From assembly GCF_009914755.1 (NCBI RefSeq), contig NC_060925.1: a stretch of DNA of 64,000 nucleotides, one strand, 5' to 3'. The notes under the pieces were generated by a model, which did not search any database, had not been told where the DNA came from, and saw only the letters and a list, made by a program, of their open reading frames with translations. Below are positions 26,501 through 41,592 of the stretch, piece after piece (position 1 is the first letter of the stretch; the number at the start of each line of letters is the position of its first letter). The DNA comes from the human T2T-CHM13v2.0 reference genome, Homo sapiens. Both the position numbers and the translations under genes were made by a program.

Positions 26501-29500
26501 ATTAGATGATGACTCCTTTCATTTCCATTCAGTGAGGATTCCATTCGGTTCCATTTGATGATGATTCCGTTTGATGACAATTCCATTCAATACCAATTGA
26601 TGATGGTTATTTTGATTCCATTTGATGATGATTACTTTCGATTCCATTTGATCATGATTCCATTCGATTCCACTCGATGATTCCATTCAATGATGATTCC
26701 ATTCGAGTTCATTGACTATTCCATTCCATTTCAATCGATGATTCCTTTCAAGTCCATTCGATGATTCTATTCGATTGCATTCGATTATTCCATTCGATTG
26801 CATTCGATAATTCCATTCGATTCCATTTGAGGATAATTCCATTTGAGTCCATTCGATGATTGTTCCATTCGATTCTATTCGGTGATTCCATTCGATTCCA
26901 TTTGATAATGATTCCATTCGAGACCATTCGATGATTCCATTCAATTCCATTCAATAATGATTCCATTCGAGTCCATTCAATGATTCCATTCAAGTCCATT
27001 CGATGATTCCATCTGATTCCATTCAATGAATCCATTCGATTCCATTCTATGATGATTCCATTCATTTCCATCTGATGATGATTCCATTCGATTCCATTCA
27101 ATGATTCCATTCGATTCCATTTGATGATGATTTCAATCAATTTCATTCGATGATTCCATTCGAATCCATTCGATGATGAGTCCATCCATTTCAATTTCAT
27201 GATAATTCCATTCGTTTCAATTCGATGGAGTTTCCATTCGATTCCATTCGATGTTGATTCCATTAGTTTCCATTGGATGATGATTCCATTCGAGTCCGTT
27301 CGATGATGATCACAATGGATTTCATTCCATAATTCTATTCGATTCCATTTGATGATGATTCCATCTGATTCCGTTTGATGATTCCATTCGTTTCCATCAG
27401 ATGATGATTCCATTCGATTCCGTTCAATGATTATTCCATTCGAGTCCATTCGATGATTCCATTCGATTCCATTCGATGACGATTTCATTCGAGTCCATGG
27501 ATTCTTCCATTCCATTCCATTAGATGATTCCATTCGAGTCCATTCGATGATTCTCTTCGATTCCATTCGATAATTCCGTTTGATTCCGTTTGATGTTGAT
27601 TGCATTCGAGTCCATTCGATGATAATTCCATTCGATTCTATGCGATGATTCCATTCCATTCCATTTGGAGGTGGTTCCATTCGAGACCATTCGTTGATTG
27701 CATTCAATTCATTCGATGACGATTCCATTCAATTCCGTTCAATGATTCCATTAGATTCCATTTGATGATGATTCCATTCGATTCCATTTGATGATGATTC
27801 CATGCGATTCCATTAGATGATGACTCCTTTCATTTCCATTCAATGAGGATTCCATTCGGTTCCATTTGATGATGATTCCTTTGAATTCCATTTGATGACA
27901 ATTCCATTCAATACCAATTGATGATGTTTATTTTTGATTCCATTTGATGATGATTACATTCGATTCCATTTGATCATGATTCAATTCGATTCCACTCGAT
28001 GATTCCATTCGATTCCATTCAATGATTATTCCATTTGAGTCGATTCGATGACTCCATTCGATTGTATTCGATGGTGATTGAATTCGAGTCCATGGATTAA
28101 TCCATTGCATTCCACTCGATGATTCCATTCGAGTCCATTCGATGATTCTATTCGATTGCATTCGATAATTCCATTCGATTGCATTCGATAAATCCATTTG
28201 ATTCCATTTGAGGATAATTCCATTTGAGTCCATTCGATGATTGTTCCATTCGATTCTATTCGGTGATTCCATTCGACTTCATTTGATAATGATTCCATTC
28301 GAGACCATTCGATGATTCCATTCAATTCCATTCCATAATGATTCCATTCGAGTCCATTCAACGATTCCATTCAAGCCCATTCGATGATTCCATCTGATTC
28401 CATTCAATGAATCCATGCGATTCCATTCTATGATGATTCCATTCATTTCCATCTGATGATGATTCCATTCGATTCCATTCAATGATTCCTTTCGATTCCA
28501 TTTGATGATGATTTCAATCAATTTCATTCGATGATTCCATTCGAATCCATTCGATGATGAGTCCATCCATTTCAATTTCATGATAATTCCATTCGTTTCA
28601 ATTCGATGGTGTTTCCATTCGATTCCATTCGATGTTGATTCCATTACTTTCTATTGGATGATGATTCCATTCGAGTCCATTCAATGATGATCACATTGGA
28701 TTTCATTCCATAATTCTATTCGATTCCATTCGATGATGATTCCATTCGTTTCCATCCGATGATGATTCCATTCGATTCCGTTCAATGATTATTCCATTCG
28801 AGTCCATTCGATGATTCCATTCGACTCCATTCGATGATGATTGCATTCGAGTCCATGGATTCTTTCATTCCATTCCATTAGATGATTCCATTCGAGTCCG
28901 TTCGATGATTCTCTTCGATTCCATTCGATAATTCCGTTTGATTCCGTTTGATGTTGATTCCATTCGGGTCCATTCGATGATAATTCCATTCGATTCTATG
29001 CGATGATTCCAATCCATTCCATTTGGATGTGGTTCCATTCGAGACCATTCGTTGATTGCATTCAATTCATTCGATGACGATTCCATTCAATTCCGTTCAA
29101 TGATTCCATTAGATTCCATTTGATGATGATTCCATTCGATTCCATTTGATGATGATTTCAATCAATTTCATTCGATGATTCCATTCGAATCCATTCGATG
29201 ATGATTCCAGCCATTTCAATTTCATGATAATTCCATTCGTTTCAATTCGATGGAATTTCCATTCGATTCCATTCGATGTTGATTCCATTAGTTTCCATTG
29301 GATGATGATTCCATTCGAGTCCATTCGATGATGATCACAATGGATTTCATTCCATAATTCTATTCGATTCCATTTGATGATGATTCCATCTGATTCCATT
29401 TGATGATTCCACTCGTTTCCATCCGATGATGATTCCATTCGATTCCATTCAATGATTATTCCTTTCGAGTCCATTCGATGATTCCATTCGATTGCATTCG

Positions 29501-32500
29501 ATTATTCCATTCGATTGCATTCGATAATTCCATTCGATTCCATTTGAGGATAATTCCATTTGAGTGCATTCGATGATTGTTCCATTCGATTCTATTCGGT
29601 GATTCCATTCGATTCCATTTGATAATGATTCCATTCGAGACCATTCGATGATTCCATTCAATTCCAATCAATAATGATTCCATTCGAGTCCATTCAATGA
29701 TTCCATTCAAGTCCATTCGATGATTCCATCTGATTCCATTCAATGAATCCACTCGATTCCATTCTATGATGATTCCATTCATTTCCATCTGATGATGATT
29801 CCATTCGATTGCATTCAATGATTCCTTTCGATTCCATTTGATGATGATTTCAATCAATTTCATTCGATGATTCCATTCGAATCCATTCGATGATGAGTCC
29901 ATCCATTTCAATTTCATGATAATTCCATTCGTTTCAATTCGATGGTGTTTCCATTCGATTCCATTCGATGTTGATTCCATTAGTTTCCATTGGATGATGA
30001 TTCCATTCGAGTCCATTCAATGATGATCACATTGGATTTCATTCCATAATTCTATTCGATTCCATTTGATGATGATTCCATCTGATTCCATTTGATGATC
30101 CCATTCGATTCCATTCGATGATGATTCCATTCGTTTCCATCCGATGATGATTCATTCGATTCCGTTCAATGATTATTCCATTCGAGTCCATTCGATGATT
30201 CCATTCGATTCCATTCGATGATGATTGCATTCGAGTCCATGGATTCTTCCATTCCATTCCATTAGATGATTCCATTCGAGTCCGTTCGATGATTCTCTTC
30301 GATTCCATTCGATAATTCCGTTTGATTCCGTTTGATGTTGATTCCATTCGAGTCCATTCGATGATAATTCCATTCGATTCTATGCGATGATTCCATTCCA
30401 TTCCATTTGGAGGTGGTTCCATTCGAGACCATTCGTTGATTGCATTGAATTCATTCGATGACGATTCCATTCAATTCCGTTCAATGATTCCATTAGATTC
30501 CATTTGATGATGATTCCATTCGATTCCATTTGATGATGATTCCATGCGATTCCATTAGATGATGACTCCTTTCATTTCCATTCAATGAGGATTCCATTCG
30601 GTTCCATTTGATGATGATTCCTTTGAATTCCATTTGATGACAATTCCATTCAATACCAATTGATGATGTTTATTTTTGATTCCATTTGATGATGATTACA
30701 TTCGATTCCATTTGATCATGATTCCATTCGATTCCACTCGATGATTCCATTCGATTCCATTCAATGATTATTCCATTTGAGTCGATTCGATGACTCCATT
30801 CGATTGTATTCGATGGTGATTGAATTCGAGTCCATGGATTAATCCATTGCATTCCACTCGATGATTCCATCGAGTCCATTCGATGATTCTATTCGATTGC
30901 ATTCGATAATTCCATTCGATTGCATTCGATAAATCCATTTGATTCCATTTGAGGATAATTCCATTTGAGTCCATTCGATGATTGTTCCATTCGATTCTAT
31001 TCGGTGATTCCATTCGACTTCATTTGATAATGATTCCATTCGAGACCATTCGATGATTCTATTCAATTCCATTCCATAATGATTCCATTCGAGTCCATTC
31101 AACGATTCCATTCAAACCCATTCAATGATTCCATCTGATTCCATTCAATGAATCCATGCGATTCCATTCTATGATGATTCCATTCATTTCCATCTGATGA
31201 TGATTCCATTCCATTCCATTCAATGATTCCTTTCGATTCCATTTGATGATGATTTCAAACAATTTCATTCGATGATTCCATTCGAATCCATTCGATGATG
31301 AGTCCAACCATTTCAATTTCATGATAATTCCATTCGTTTCAATTCGATGGTGTTTCCATTCGATTCCATTCGATGTTGATTCCATTAGTTTCCATTGGAT
31401 GATGATTCCATTCGAGTCCATTCAATGACGATCACATTGGATTTCATTCCATAATTCTATTCGATTCCATTTCATGATGATTCCATCTGATTCCATTTGA
31501 TGATCCCATTCGATTCCATTCGATGATGATTCCATTCGTTTCCATCCGATGATGATTCCATTCGATTCCGTTCAATGATTATTCCATTCGAGTCCATTCG
31601 ATGATTCCATTCGATTCCATTCGATGATGATTGCATTCGAGTCCATGAATTCTTCCATTCCATTCCATTAGATGATTCCATTCGAGTCCGTTCGATGATT
31701 CTCTTCGATTCCATTCGATAATTCCGTTTGATTCCGTTTGATGTTGATTCCATTCTAGTCCATTCGATGATAATTCCATTCGATTCTATGCGATGATTCC
31801 ATTCCTTTCTATTTGGAGACGGTTCCATTCGAGACCATTCGTTGATTGCATTCAATTCATTCGATGACGATTCCATTCAATTCCGTTCAATGATTCCATT
31901 AGATTCCATTTGATGATGATTCCATTCGATTCCATTTGATGATGATTTCATGCGATTCCATTAGAGGGTGACTCCTTTCATTTCCATTCAATGAGGATTC
32001 CATTCGGTTCCATTTGATGATGATTCCTTTGAATTCCGTTTGATGACAATTCCATTCAATACCAATTGATGATGGTTATTTTGATTCCATTTGATGATGA
32101 TTACTTTCGATTCCATTTGATCATGATTCCATTCGATTCCACTCGATGATTCCATTCAATGATGATTCCATTCGAGTTCATTGACTATTCCATTCCATTT
32201 CAATCGATGATTCCTTTCAAGTCCATTCGATGATTCTATTCGATTGCATTCGATTATTCCATTCGATTGCATTTGATAATTCCATTCGATTCCATTTGAG
32301 GATAATTCCGTTTGAGTCCATTCGATGATTCTTCCATTCCATTCTATTCGGTGTTTCCATTCGACTTCATTTGATAATGATTCCATTCGAGACCATTCGA
32401 TGATTCTATTCAATTCCATTCAATAATGATTCCATTCGAGTCCATTCAACGATTCCATTCAAGTCCATTCGATGATTCCATCTGATTCCATTCAATGAAT

Positions 32501-34099
32501 CCATGCGATTCCATTCTATGATGATTCCATTCATTTCCATCTGATGATGATTCCATTCGATTCCATTCAATGATTCCTTTCGATTCCAATTGATGATGAT
32601 TTCAATCAATTTCATTCGATGATTCCATTCGAATCCATTCGATGATGAGTCCATCCATTTCAATTTCATGATAATTCAATTCGTTTCAATTCGATGGTGT
32701 TTCCATTCGATTCCATTCGATGTTGATTCCATTAGTTTCCATTGGATGATGATTCCATTCGAGTCCATTCAATGATGATCACATTGGATTTCATTCCATA
32801 ACTCTATTCGATTCCATTTGATGATGATTCCATGTGATTCCATTTGATGATCCCATTCGATTCCATTCGATGATGATTCCATTCGTTTCCAGACGATGAT
32901 GATTCCATTCGATTCCGTTCAATGATTATTCCATTCGAGTCCTTTCGAAGATTCCATTCGATTCCATTCGATGATGATTGCATTCGAGTCCATGGATTCT
33001 TCCATTCCATTCCATTAGATGATTCCATTCGAGTCCATTCGATGATTCTCTTCGATTCCATTCGATAATTCCGTTTGATTCCGTTTGATGTTGATTCCAT
33101 TCGAGTCCATTCGATGATAATTCCATTCGATTCTATGCGATGATTCCATTCCATTCCATTTGGAGGTGGTTCCATTCGAGACCATTCGTTGATTGCATTC
33201 AATTCATTCGATGACGATTCCATTCAATTCCGTTCAATGATTCCATTAGATTCCATTTGATGATGATTCCATTCGATTCCATTTGATGATGATTCCATGC
33301 GATTCCATTAGATGATGACTCCTTTCATTTCCATTCAATGAGGATTCCATTCGGTTCCATTTGATGATGATTCCATTGAATTCCGTTTGATGACAATTCC
33401 ATTCAATATCAATTGATGATGGATATTTTGATTCCATTTGATGACGATTACATTCGATTCCATTTGATCATGATTCCATTCGATTCCACTCGATGATTCC
33501 ATTCAATGATGATTCCATTCGAGTTCATTGACTATTCCATTCCATTTCAATCGATGATTCCTTTCAAGTCCATTCGATGATTCTATTCGATTGCATTCGA
33601 TTATTCCATTCGATTGCATTTGATAATTCCATTCGATTCCATTTGAGGATAATTCCATTTGAGTCCATTCGATGATTGTTCCATTCGATTCTATTCGGTG
33701 TTTCCATTCGTCTTCATTTGATAATGATTCCATTCGAGACCATTCGATGATTCTATTCAATTCCATTCAATAATGATTCCATTCCAGTCCATTCAATGAT
33801 TCCATTCAAGTCCATTCGATGATTCCATCTGATTCCATTTAATGAATCCATTCGATTCCATTCTATGATGATTCCATTCATTTCAATGTGATGATGATTC
33901 CATTCGATTCCATTCAATGATTCCATTCGATTCCATTTGATGATGATTTCAATCAATTTCATTCGATGATTCCATTCGAATCCATTCGATGATGAGTCCA
34001 TCCATTTCAATTTCATGATAATTCCATTCGTTTCAATTGGATGGTGTTTCCATTCGATTCCATACGATGTTGATTCCATTAGTTTCCATTGGATGATGA

Positions 34100-37000
34100 T
34101 TCCATTCGAGTGCATTCGATGATGATCACAATGGATTTCATTCCATAATTCTATTCGATTCCATTTGATGATGATTCCATCTGATTCCATTTGATGATTC
34201 CATTCGTTTCCATCCGATGATGATTCCATTCGATTCCGTTCAATGATTATTCCATTCGAGTCCATTCTATGATTCCATTCGATTCCATTCGATGATGATT
34301 GCATTCGAGACCATGGATTCTTCCATTCCATTCCATTAGATGATTCCATTCGAGTCCATTCGATGATTCTCTTCGATTACATTCGATAATTCCGTTTGAT
34401 TCTGTTTGATGTTGATTCCATTCGAGTCCATTCAATGATAATTCCATTCGGTTCTATGCGATGATTCCATTCCTTTCCATTTGGAGGTTGTTCCTTCGAG
34501 ACCATTCGTTGAGTGCATTCAATTCATTCGTTGACGATTCCATTCAATTCCGTTCAATGATTCCATTAGATTCCATTTGATGATGATTCCATTCGATTCC
34601 ATTTGATAATGATTCCATGCGATTCCATTAGATGATGACTCCTTTCATTTCCATTCAATGAGGATTCCATTCGGTTCCATTTGATGATGATTCCTTTGAA
34701 TTCCGTTTGATGACAATTCCATCCAATACCTATTGATGATGTTTATTTTTGATTCCATTTGATGATGATTACATTCGATTCCATTTGATCATGATTCCAT
34801 TCGATTCCACTCGATGATTCCATTCGATTCCATTCAATGATTATTCCATTTGAGTCGATTCGATGACTCCATTCGATTGTATTCGATGGTGATTGAATTC
34901 GAGTCCATGGATTAATCCATTGCATTCCATTCGATGATTCCATTCGAGTCCATTCGATGATTCTATTCGATTGCATTCGATAATTCCATTCGATTGCATT
35001 CGATAAATCCATTTGATTCCATTTGAAGATAATTCCATTTGAGTCCATTCGATGATTGTTCCATTCGATTCTATTCGGTGATTCCATTCGACTTCATTTG
35101 ATAATGATTCCATTCGAGACCATTCGATGATTCTATTCAATTCCATTCAATAATGATTCCATTCGAGTCCATTCAACGATTCCATTCAAGTCCATTCGAT
35201 GATTCCATCTGATTCCATTCAATGAATCCATGCGATTCCATTCTATGATGATTCCATTCATTTCCATCTGATGATGATTCCATTCGATTCCATTCAATGA
35301 TTCCTTTCGATTCCATTTGATGATGATTTCAATCAATTTCATTCGATGATTCCATTCGAATCCATTCGATGATGAGTCCATCCATTTCAATTTCATGATA
35401 ATTCCATTCGTTTCAATTCGATGGTGTTTCCATTCGATTCCATTCGATGTTGATTCCATTAGTTTCCATTGGATGATGATTCCTTTCGAGTGCATTCGAT
35501 GATGATCACAATGGATTTCATTCCATAATTCTATTCGATTCCATTTGATGATGATTCCATCTGATTCCATTTGATGATTCCATTCGTTTCCATCCGATGA
35601 TGATTCCATTCGATTCCGTTCAATGATTATTCCATTCGAGTCCATTCTATGATTCCATTCGATTCCATTCGATGATGATTGCATTCGAGACCATGGATTC
35701 TTCCATTCCATTCCATTAGATGATTCCATTCGAGTCCATTCAATGATTCTCTTCGATTACATTCGATAATTCCGTTTGATTCTGTTTGATGTTGATTCCA
35801 TTCGAGTCCATTCAATGATAATTCCATTCGATTCTATGCGATGATTCCATTCCTTTCCATTTGGAGGTTGTTCCTTCGAGACCATTGGTTGAGTGCATTC
35901 AATTCATTCGTTGATGATTCCATTCAATTCCGTTCAATGATTCCATTAGATTCCATTTGATGATGATTCCATTCGATTCCATTTGATGATGATTCCATGC
36001 GATTCCATTAGATGATGACTCCTTTCATTTCCATTCAATGAGGATTCCATTCGGTTCCATTTGATGATGATTCCTTTGAATTCCGTTTGATGACAATTCC
36101 ATCCAATACCTATTGATGATGTTTATTTTTGATTCCATTTGATGATGATTACATTCGATTCCATTTGATCATGATTCCATTCGATTCCACTCGATGATTC
36201 CATTCGATTCCATTCAATGATTATTCCATTTGAGTCGATTCGATGACTCCATTCGATTGTATTCGATGGTGATTGAATTCGAGTCCATGGATTAATCCAT
36301 TGCATTCCATTCGATGATTCCATTCGAGTCCATTCGATGATTCTATTCGATTGCATTCGATAATTCCATTCGATTGCATTCGATAAATCCATTTGATTCC
36401 ATTTGAAGATAATTCCATTTGAGTCCATTCGATGATTGTTCCATTCGATTCTATTCGGTGATTCCATTCGACTTCATTTGATAATGATTCCATTCGAGAC
36501 CATTCGATGATTCTATTCAATTCCATTCAATAATGATTCCATTCGAGTCCATTCAACGATTCCATTCAAGTCCATTCGATGATTCCATCTGATTCCATTC
36601 AATGAATCCATGCGATTCCATTCTATGATGATTCCATTCATTTCCATCTGATGATGATTCCATTCGATTCCATTCAATGATTCCTTTCGATTCCATTTGA
36701 TGATGATTTCAATCAATTTCATTCGATGATTCCATTCGAATCCATTCGATGATGAGTCCATCCATTTCAATTTCATGATAATTCCATTCGTTTCAATTCG
36801 ATGGTGTTTCCATTCGATTCCATTCGATGTTGATTCCATTAGTTTCCATTGGATGATGATTCCTTTCGAGTGCATTCGATGATGATCACAATGGATTTCA
36901 TTCCATAATTCTATTCGATTCCATTTGATGATGATTCCATCTGATTCCATTTGATGATTCCATTCGTTTCCATCCGATGATGATTCCATTCGATTCCGTT

Positions 37001-40000
37001 CAATGATTATTCCATTCGAGTCCATTCTATGATTCCATTCGATTCCATTCGATGATGATTGCATTCGAGACCATGGATTCTTCCATTCCATTCCATTAGA
37101 TGATTCCATTCGAGTCCATTCAATGATTCTCTTCGATTACATTCGATAATTCCGTTTGATTCTGTTTGATGTTGATTCCATTCGAGTCCATTCAATGATA
37201 ATTCCATTCGATTCTATGCGATGATTCCATTCCTTTCCATTTGGAGGTTGTTCCTTCGAGACCATTCGTTGAGTGCATTCAATTCATTCGTTGACGATTC
37301 CATTCAATTCCGTTCAATGATTCCATTAGATTCCATTTGATGATGATTCCATTCGATTCCATTTGATGATGATTCCATGCGATTCCATTAGATGATGACT
37401 CCTTTCATTTCCATTCAATGAGGATTCCATTCGGTTCCATTTGATGATGATTCCTTTGAATTCCGTTTGATGACAATTCCATCCAATACCTATTGATGAT
37501 GTTTATTTTTGATTCCATTTGATGATGATTACATTCGATTCCATTTGATCATGATTCCATTCGATTCCACTCGATGATTCCATTCGATTCCATTCAATGA
37601 TTATTCCATTTGAGTCGATTCGATGACTCCATTCAATTGTATTCGATGGTGATTGAATTCGAGTCCATGGATTAATCCATTGCATTCCATTCGATGATTC
37701 CATTCGAGTCCATTCGATGATTCTATTCGATTGCATTCGATAATTCCATTCGATTGCATTCGATAAATCCATTTGATTCCATTTGAAGATAATTCCATTT
37801 GAGTCCATTCGATGATTGTTCCATTCGATTCTATTCGGTGATTCCATTCGACTACATTTGATAATGATTCCATTCGAGACCATTCGATGATTCTATTCAA
37901 TTCCATTCAATAATGATTCCATTCGAGTCCATTCAACGATTCCATTCAAGTCCATTCGATGATTCCATCTGATTCCATTCAATGAATCCATGCGATTCCA
38001 TTCTATGATGATTCCATTCATTTCCATCTGATGATGATTCCATTCGATTCCATTCAATGATTCCTTTCGATTCCATTTGATGATGATTTCAATCAATTTC
38101 ATTCGATGATTCCATTCGAATCCATTCGATGATGAGTCCATCCATTTCAATTTCATGATAATTCCATTCGTTTCAATTCGATGGTGTTTCCATTCGATTC
38201 CATTCGATGTTGATTCCATTAGTTTCCATTGGATGATGATTCCTTTCGAGTGCATTCGATGATGATCACAATGGATTTCATTCCATAATTCTATTCGATT
38301 CCATTTGATGATGATTCCATCTGATTCCATTTGATGATTCCATTCGTTTCCATCCGATGATGATTCCATTCGATTCCGTTCAATGATTATTCCATTCGAG
38401 TCCATTCTATGATTCCATTCGATTCCATTCGATGATGATTGCATTCGAGACCATGGATTCTTCCATTCCATTCCATTAGATGATTCCATTCGAGTCCATT
38501 CAATGATTCTCTTCGATTACATTCGATAATTCCGTTTGATTCTGTTTGATGTTGATTCCATTCGAGTCCATTCAATGATAATTCCATTCGATTCTATGCG
38601 ATGATTCCATTCCTTTCCATTTGGAGGTTGTTCCTTCGAGACCATTCGTTGAGTGCATTCAATTCATTCGTTGACGATTCCATTCAATTCCGTTCAATGA
38701 TTCCATTAGATTCCATTTGATGATGATTCCATTCGATTCCATTTGATGATGATTCCATGCGATTCCATTAGATGATGACTCCTTTCATTTCCATTCAATG
38801 AGGATTCCATTCGGTTCCATTTGATGATGATTCCTTTGAATTCCGTTTGATGACAATTCCATTCAATACCTATTGATGATGTTTATTTTTGATTCCATTT
38901 GATGATGATTACATTCGATTCCATTTGATCATGATTCCATTCGATTCCACTCGATGATTCCATTCGATTCCATTCAATGATTATTCCATTTGAGTCGATT
39001 CGATGACTCCATTCGATTGTATTCGATGGTGATTGAATTCGAGTCCATGGATTAATCCATTGCATTCCATTCGATGATTCCATTCGAGTCCATTCGATGA
39101 TTCTATTCGATTGCATTCGATAATTCCATTCGATTGCATTCGATAAATCCATTTGATTCCATTTGAAGATAATTCCATTTGAGTCCATTCGATGATTGTT
39201 CCATTCGATTCTATTCGGTGATTCCATTCGACTTCATTTGATAATGATTCCATTCGAGACCATTCGATGATTCTATTCAATTCCATTCAATAATGATTCC
39301 ATTCGAGTCCATTCAACGATTCCATTCAAGTCCATTCGATGATTCCATCTGATTCCATTCAATGAATCCATGCGATTCCATTCTATGATGATTCCATTCA
39401 TTTCCATCTGATGATGATTCCATTCGATTCCATTCAATGATTCCTTTCGATTCCATTTGATGATGATTTCAATCAATTTCATTCGATGATTCCATTCGAA
39501 TCCATTCGATGATGAGTCCATCCATTTCAATTTCATGATAATTCCATTCGTTTCAATTCGATGGTGTTTCCATTCGATTCCATTCGATGTTGATTCCATT
39601 AGTTTCCATTGGATGATGATTCCATTCGAGTGCATTCGATGAAGATCACAATGGATTTCATTCCATAATTCTATTCGATTCCATTTGATGATGATTCCAT
39701 CTGATTCCATTTGATGATTCCATTCGTTTCCATCCGATGATGATTCCATTCGATTCCGTTCAATGATTATTCCATTCGAGTCCATTCTATGATTTCATTC
39801 GATTCCATTCGATGATGATTGCATTCGAGACCATGGATTCTTCCATTCCATTCCATTAGATGATTCCATTCGAGTCTATTCGATGATTCTCTTCGATTAC
39901 ATTCGATAATTCCGTTTGATTCTGTATGATGTTGATTCCATTCGAGTCCATTCAATGATAATTCCATTCGATTCTATGCGATGATTCCATTCCTTTCCAT

Positions 40001-40100
40001 TTGGAGGTGGTTCCATTCGAGACCATTCGTTGAGTGCATTCAATTCATTCGTTGACGATTCCATTCAATTCCGTTCAATGATTTCATTAGATTCCATTTG
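34100..40100 (+). repeat. Highly homogeneous run of ~4.3 near-identical 1380-bp monomers
   Basis: ORFs 35133/36513/37893 are identical and 1380 bp apart. Diagnostic variants are GAGTGCATTCG, GATTACATTCG, GGAGGTTGTTCCTTCGAG (1-bp deletion) and GTTGAGTGCATTC. Confidence 0.9.
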
Positions 40101-41592
40101 ATGATGATTCCATTCTATTCCATTTGATGATGATTCCATGCGATTCCATTAGATGATGACTCCTTTCATTTCCATTCAATGAGGATTGCATTCGGTTCCA
40201 TTTGATGATGATTCCTTTGAATTCCGTTTGATGACAATTCCATTCAATACCTATTGATGATGTTTATTTTTGATTCCATTTGATGATGATTACATTCGAT
40301 TCCATTTGATCATGATTCCATTCGATTCCACTCGATGATTCCATTCGATTCCATTCAATGATTATTCCATTTGAGTCGATTCGATGACTCCATTCGATTG
40401 TATTCGATGGTGATTGAATTCGAGTCCATGGATTAATCCATTGCATTCCATTCGATGATTCCATTCGAGTCCATTCGATGATTCTATTCGATTGCATTCG
40501 ATAATTCCATTCGATTGCATTCGATAAATCCATTTGATTCCATTTGAAGATAATTCCATTTGAGTCCATTCGATGATTGTTCCATTCGATTCTATTCGGT
40601 GATTCCATTCGACTTCATTTGATAATGATTCCATTCGAGTCCATTCGATGATTCTCTTCGATTACATTCGATAATTCCGTTTGATTCTGTTTGATGTTGA
40701 TTCCATTCGAGTCCATTCAATGATAATTCCATTCGGTTCTATGCGATGATTCCATTCCTTTCCATTTGGAGGTTGTTCCTTCGAGACCATTCGTTGAGTG
40801 CATTCAATTCATTCGTTGACGATTCCATTCAATTCCGTTCAATGATTCCATTAGATTCCATTTGATGATGATTCCATTCGATTCCATTTGATGATGATTC
40901 CATGCGATTCCATTAGATGATGACTCCTTTCATTTCCATTCAATGAGGATTCCATTCGGTTCCATTTGATGATGATTCCTTTGTATTCCGTTTGATGACA
41001 ATTCCATTCAATACCTATTGATGATGTTTATTTTTGATTCCATTTGATGATGATTGCATTCGATTCCATTTGATCATGATTCCATTCGATTCCACTCGAT
41101 GATTCCATTCGATTCCATTCAATGATTATTCCATTTGAGTCGATTCGATGACTCCATTCGATTGTATTCGATGGTGATTGAATTCGAGTCCATGGATTAA
41201 TCCATTGCATTCCATTCGATGATTCCATTCGAGTCCATTCGATGATTCTATTCGATTGCATTCGATAATTCCATTCGATTGCATTCGATAAATCCATTTG
41301 ATTCCATTTGAAGATAATTCCATTTGAGTCCATTCGATGATTGTTCCATTCGATTCTATTCGGTGATTCCATTCGACTTCATTTGATAATGATTCCATTC
41401 GAGTCCATTCGATGATTCTCTTCGATTACATTCGATGATTCCGTTTGATTCTGTTTGATGTTGATTCCATTCGAGTCCATTCAATGATAATTCCATTCGG
41501 TTCTATGCGATGATTCCATTCCTTTCCATTTGGAGGTTGTTCCTTCGAGACCATTCGTTGAGTGCATTCAATTCATTCGTTGACGATTTCAT
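40064..41592 (+). repeat. Two tandem 764-bp truncated monomers (1380-bp unit minus 616 bp)
   Basis: ORF offsets 40264/41028/41792 are 764. The same junction, GATAATGATTCCATTCGAGTCCATTCGATGATTCTCTTCG, occurs at ~40625-40639 and ~41389-41403. Confidence 0.92.
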
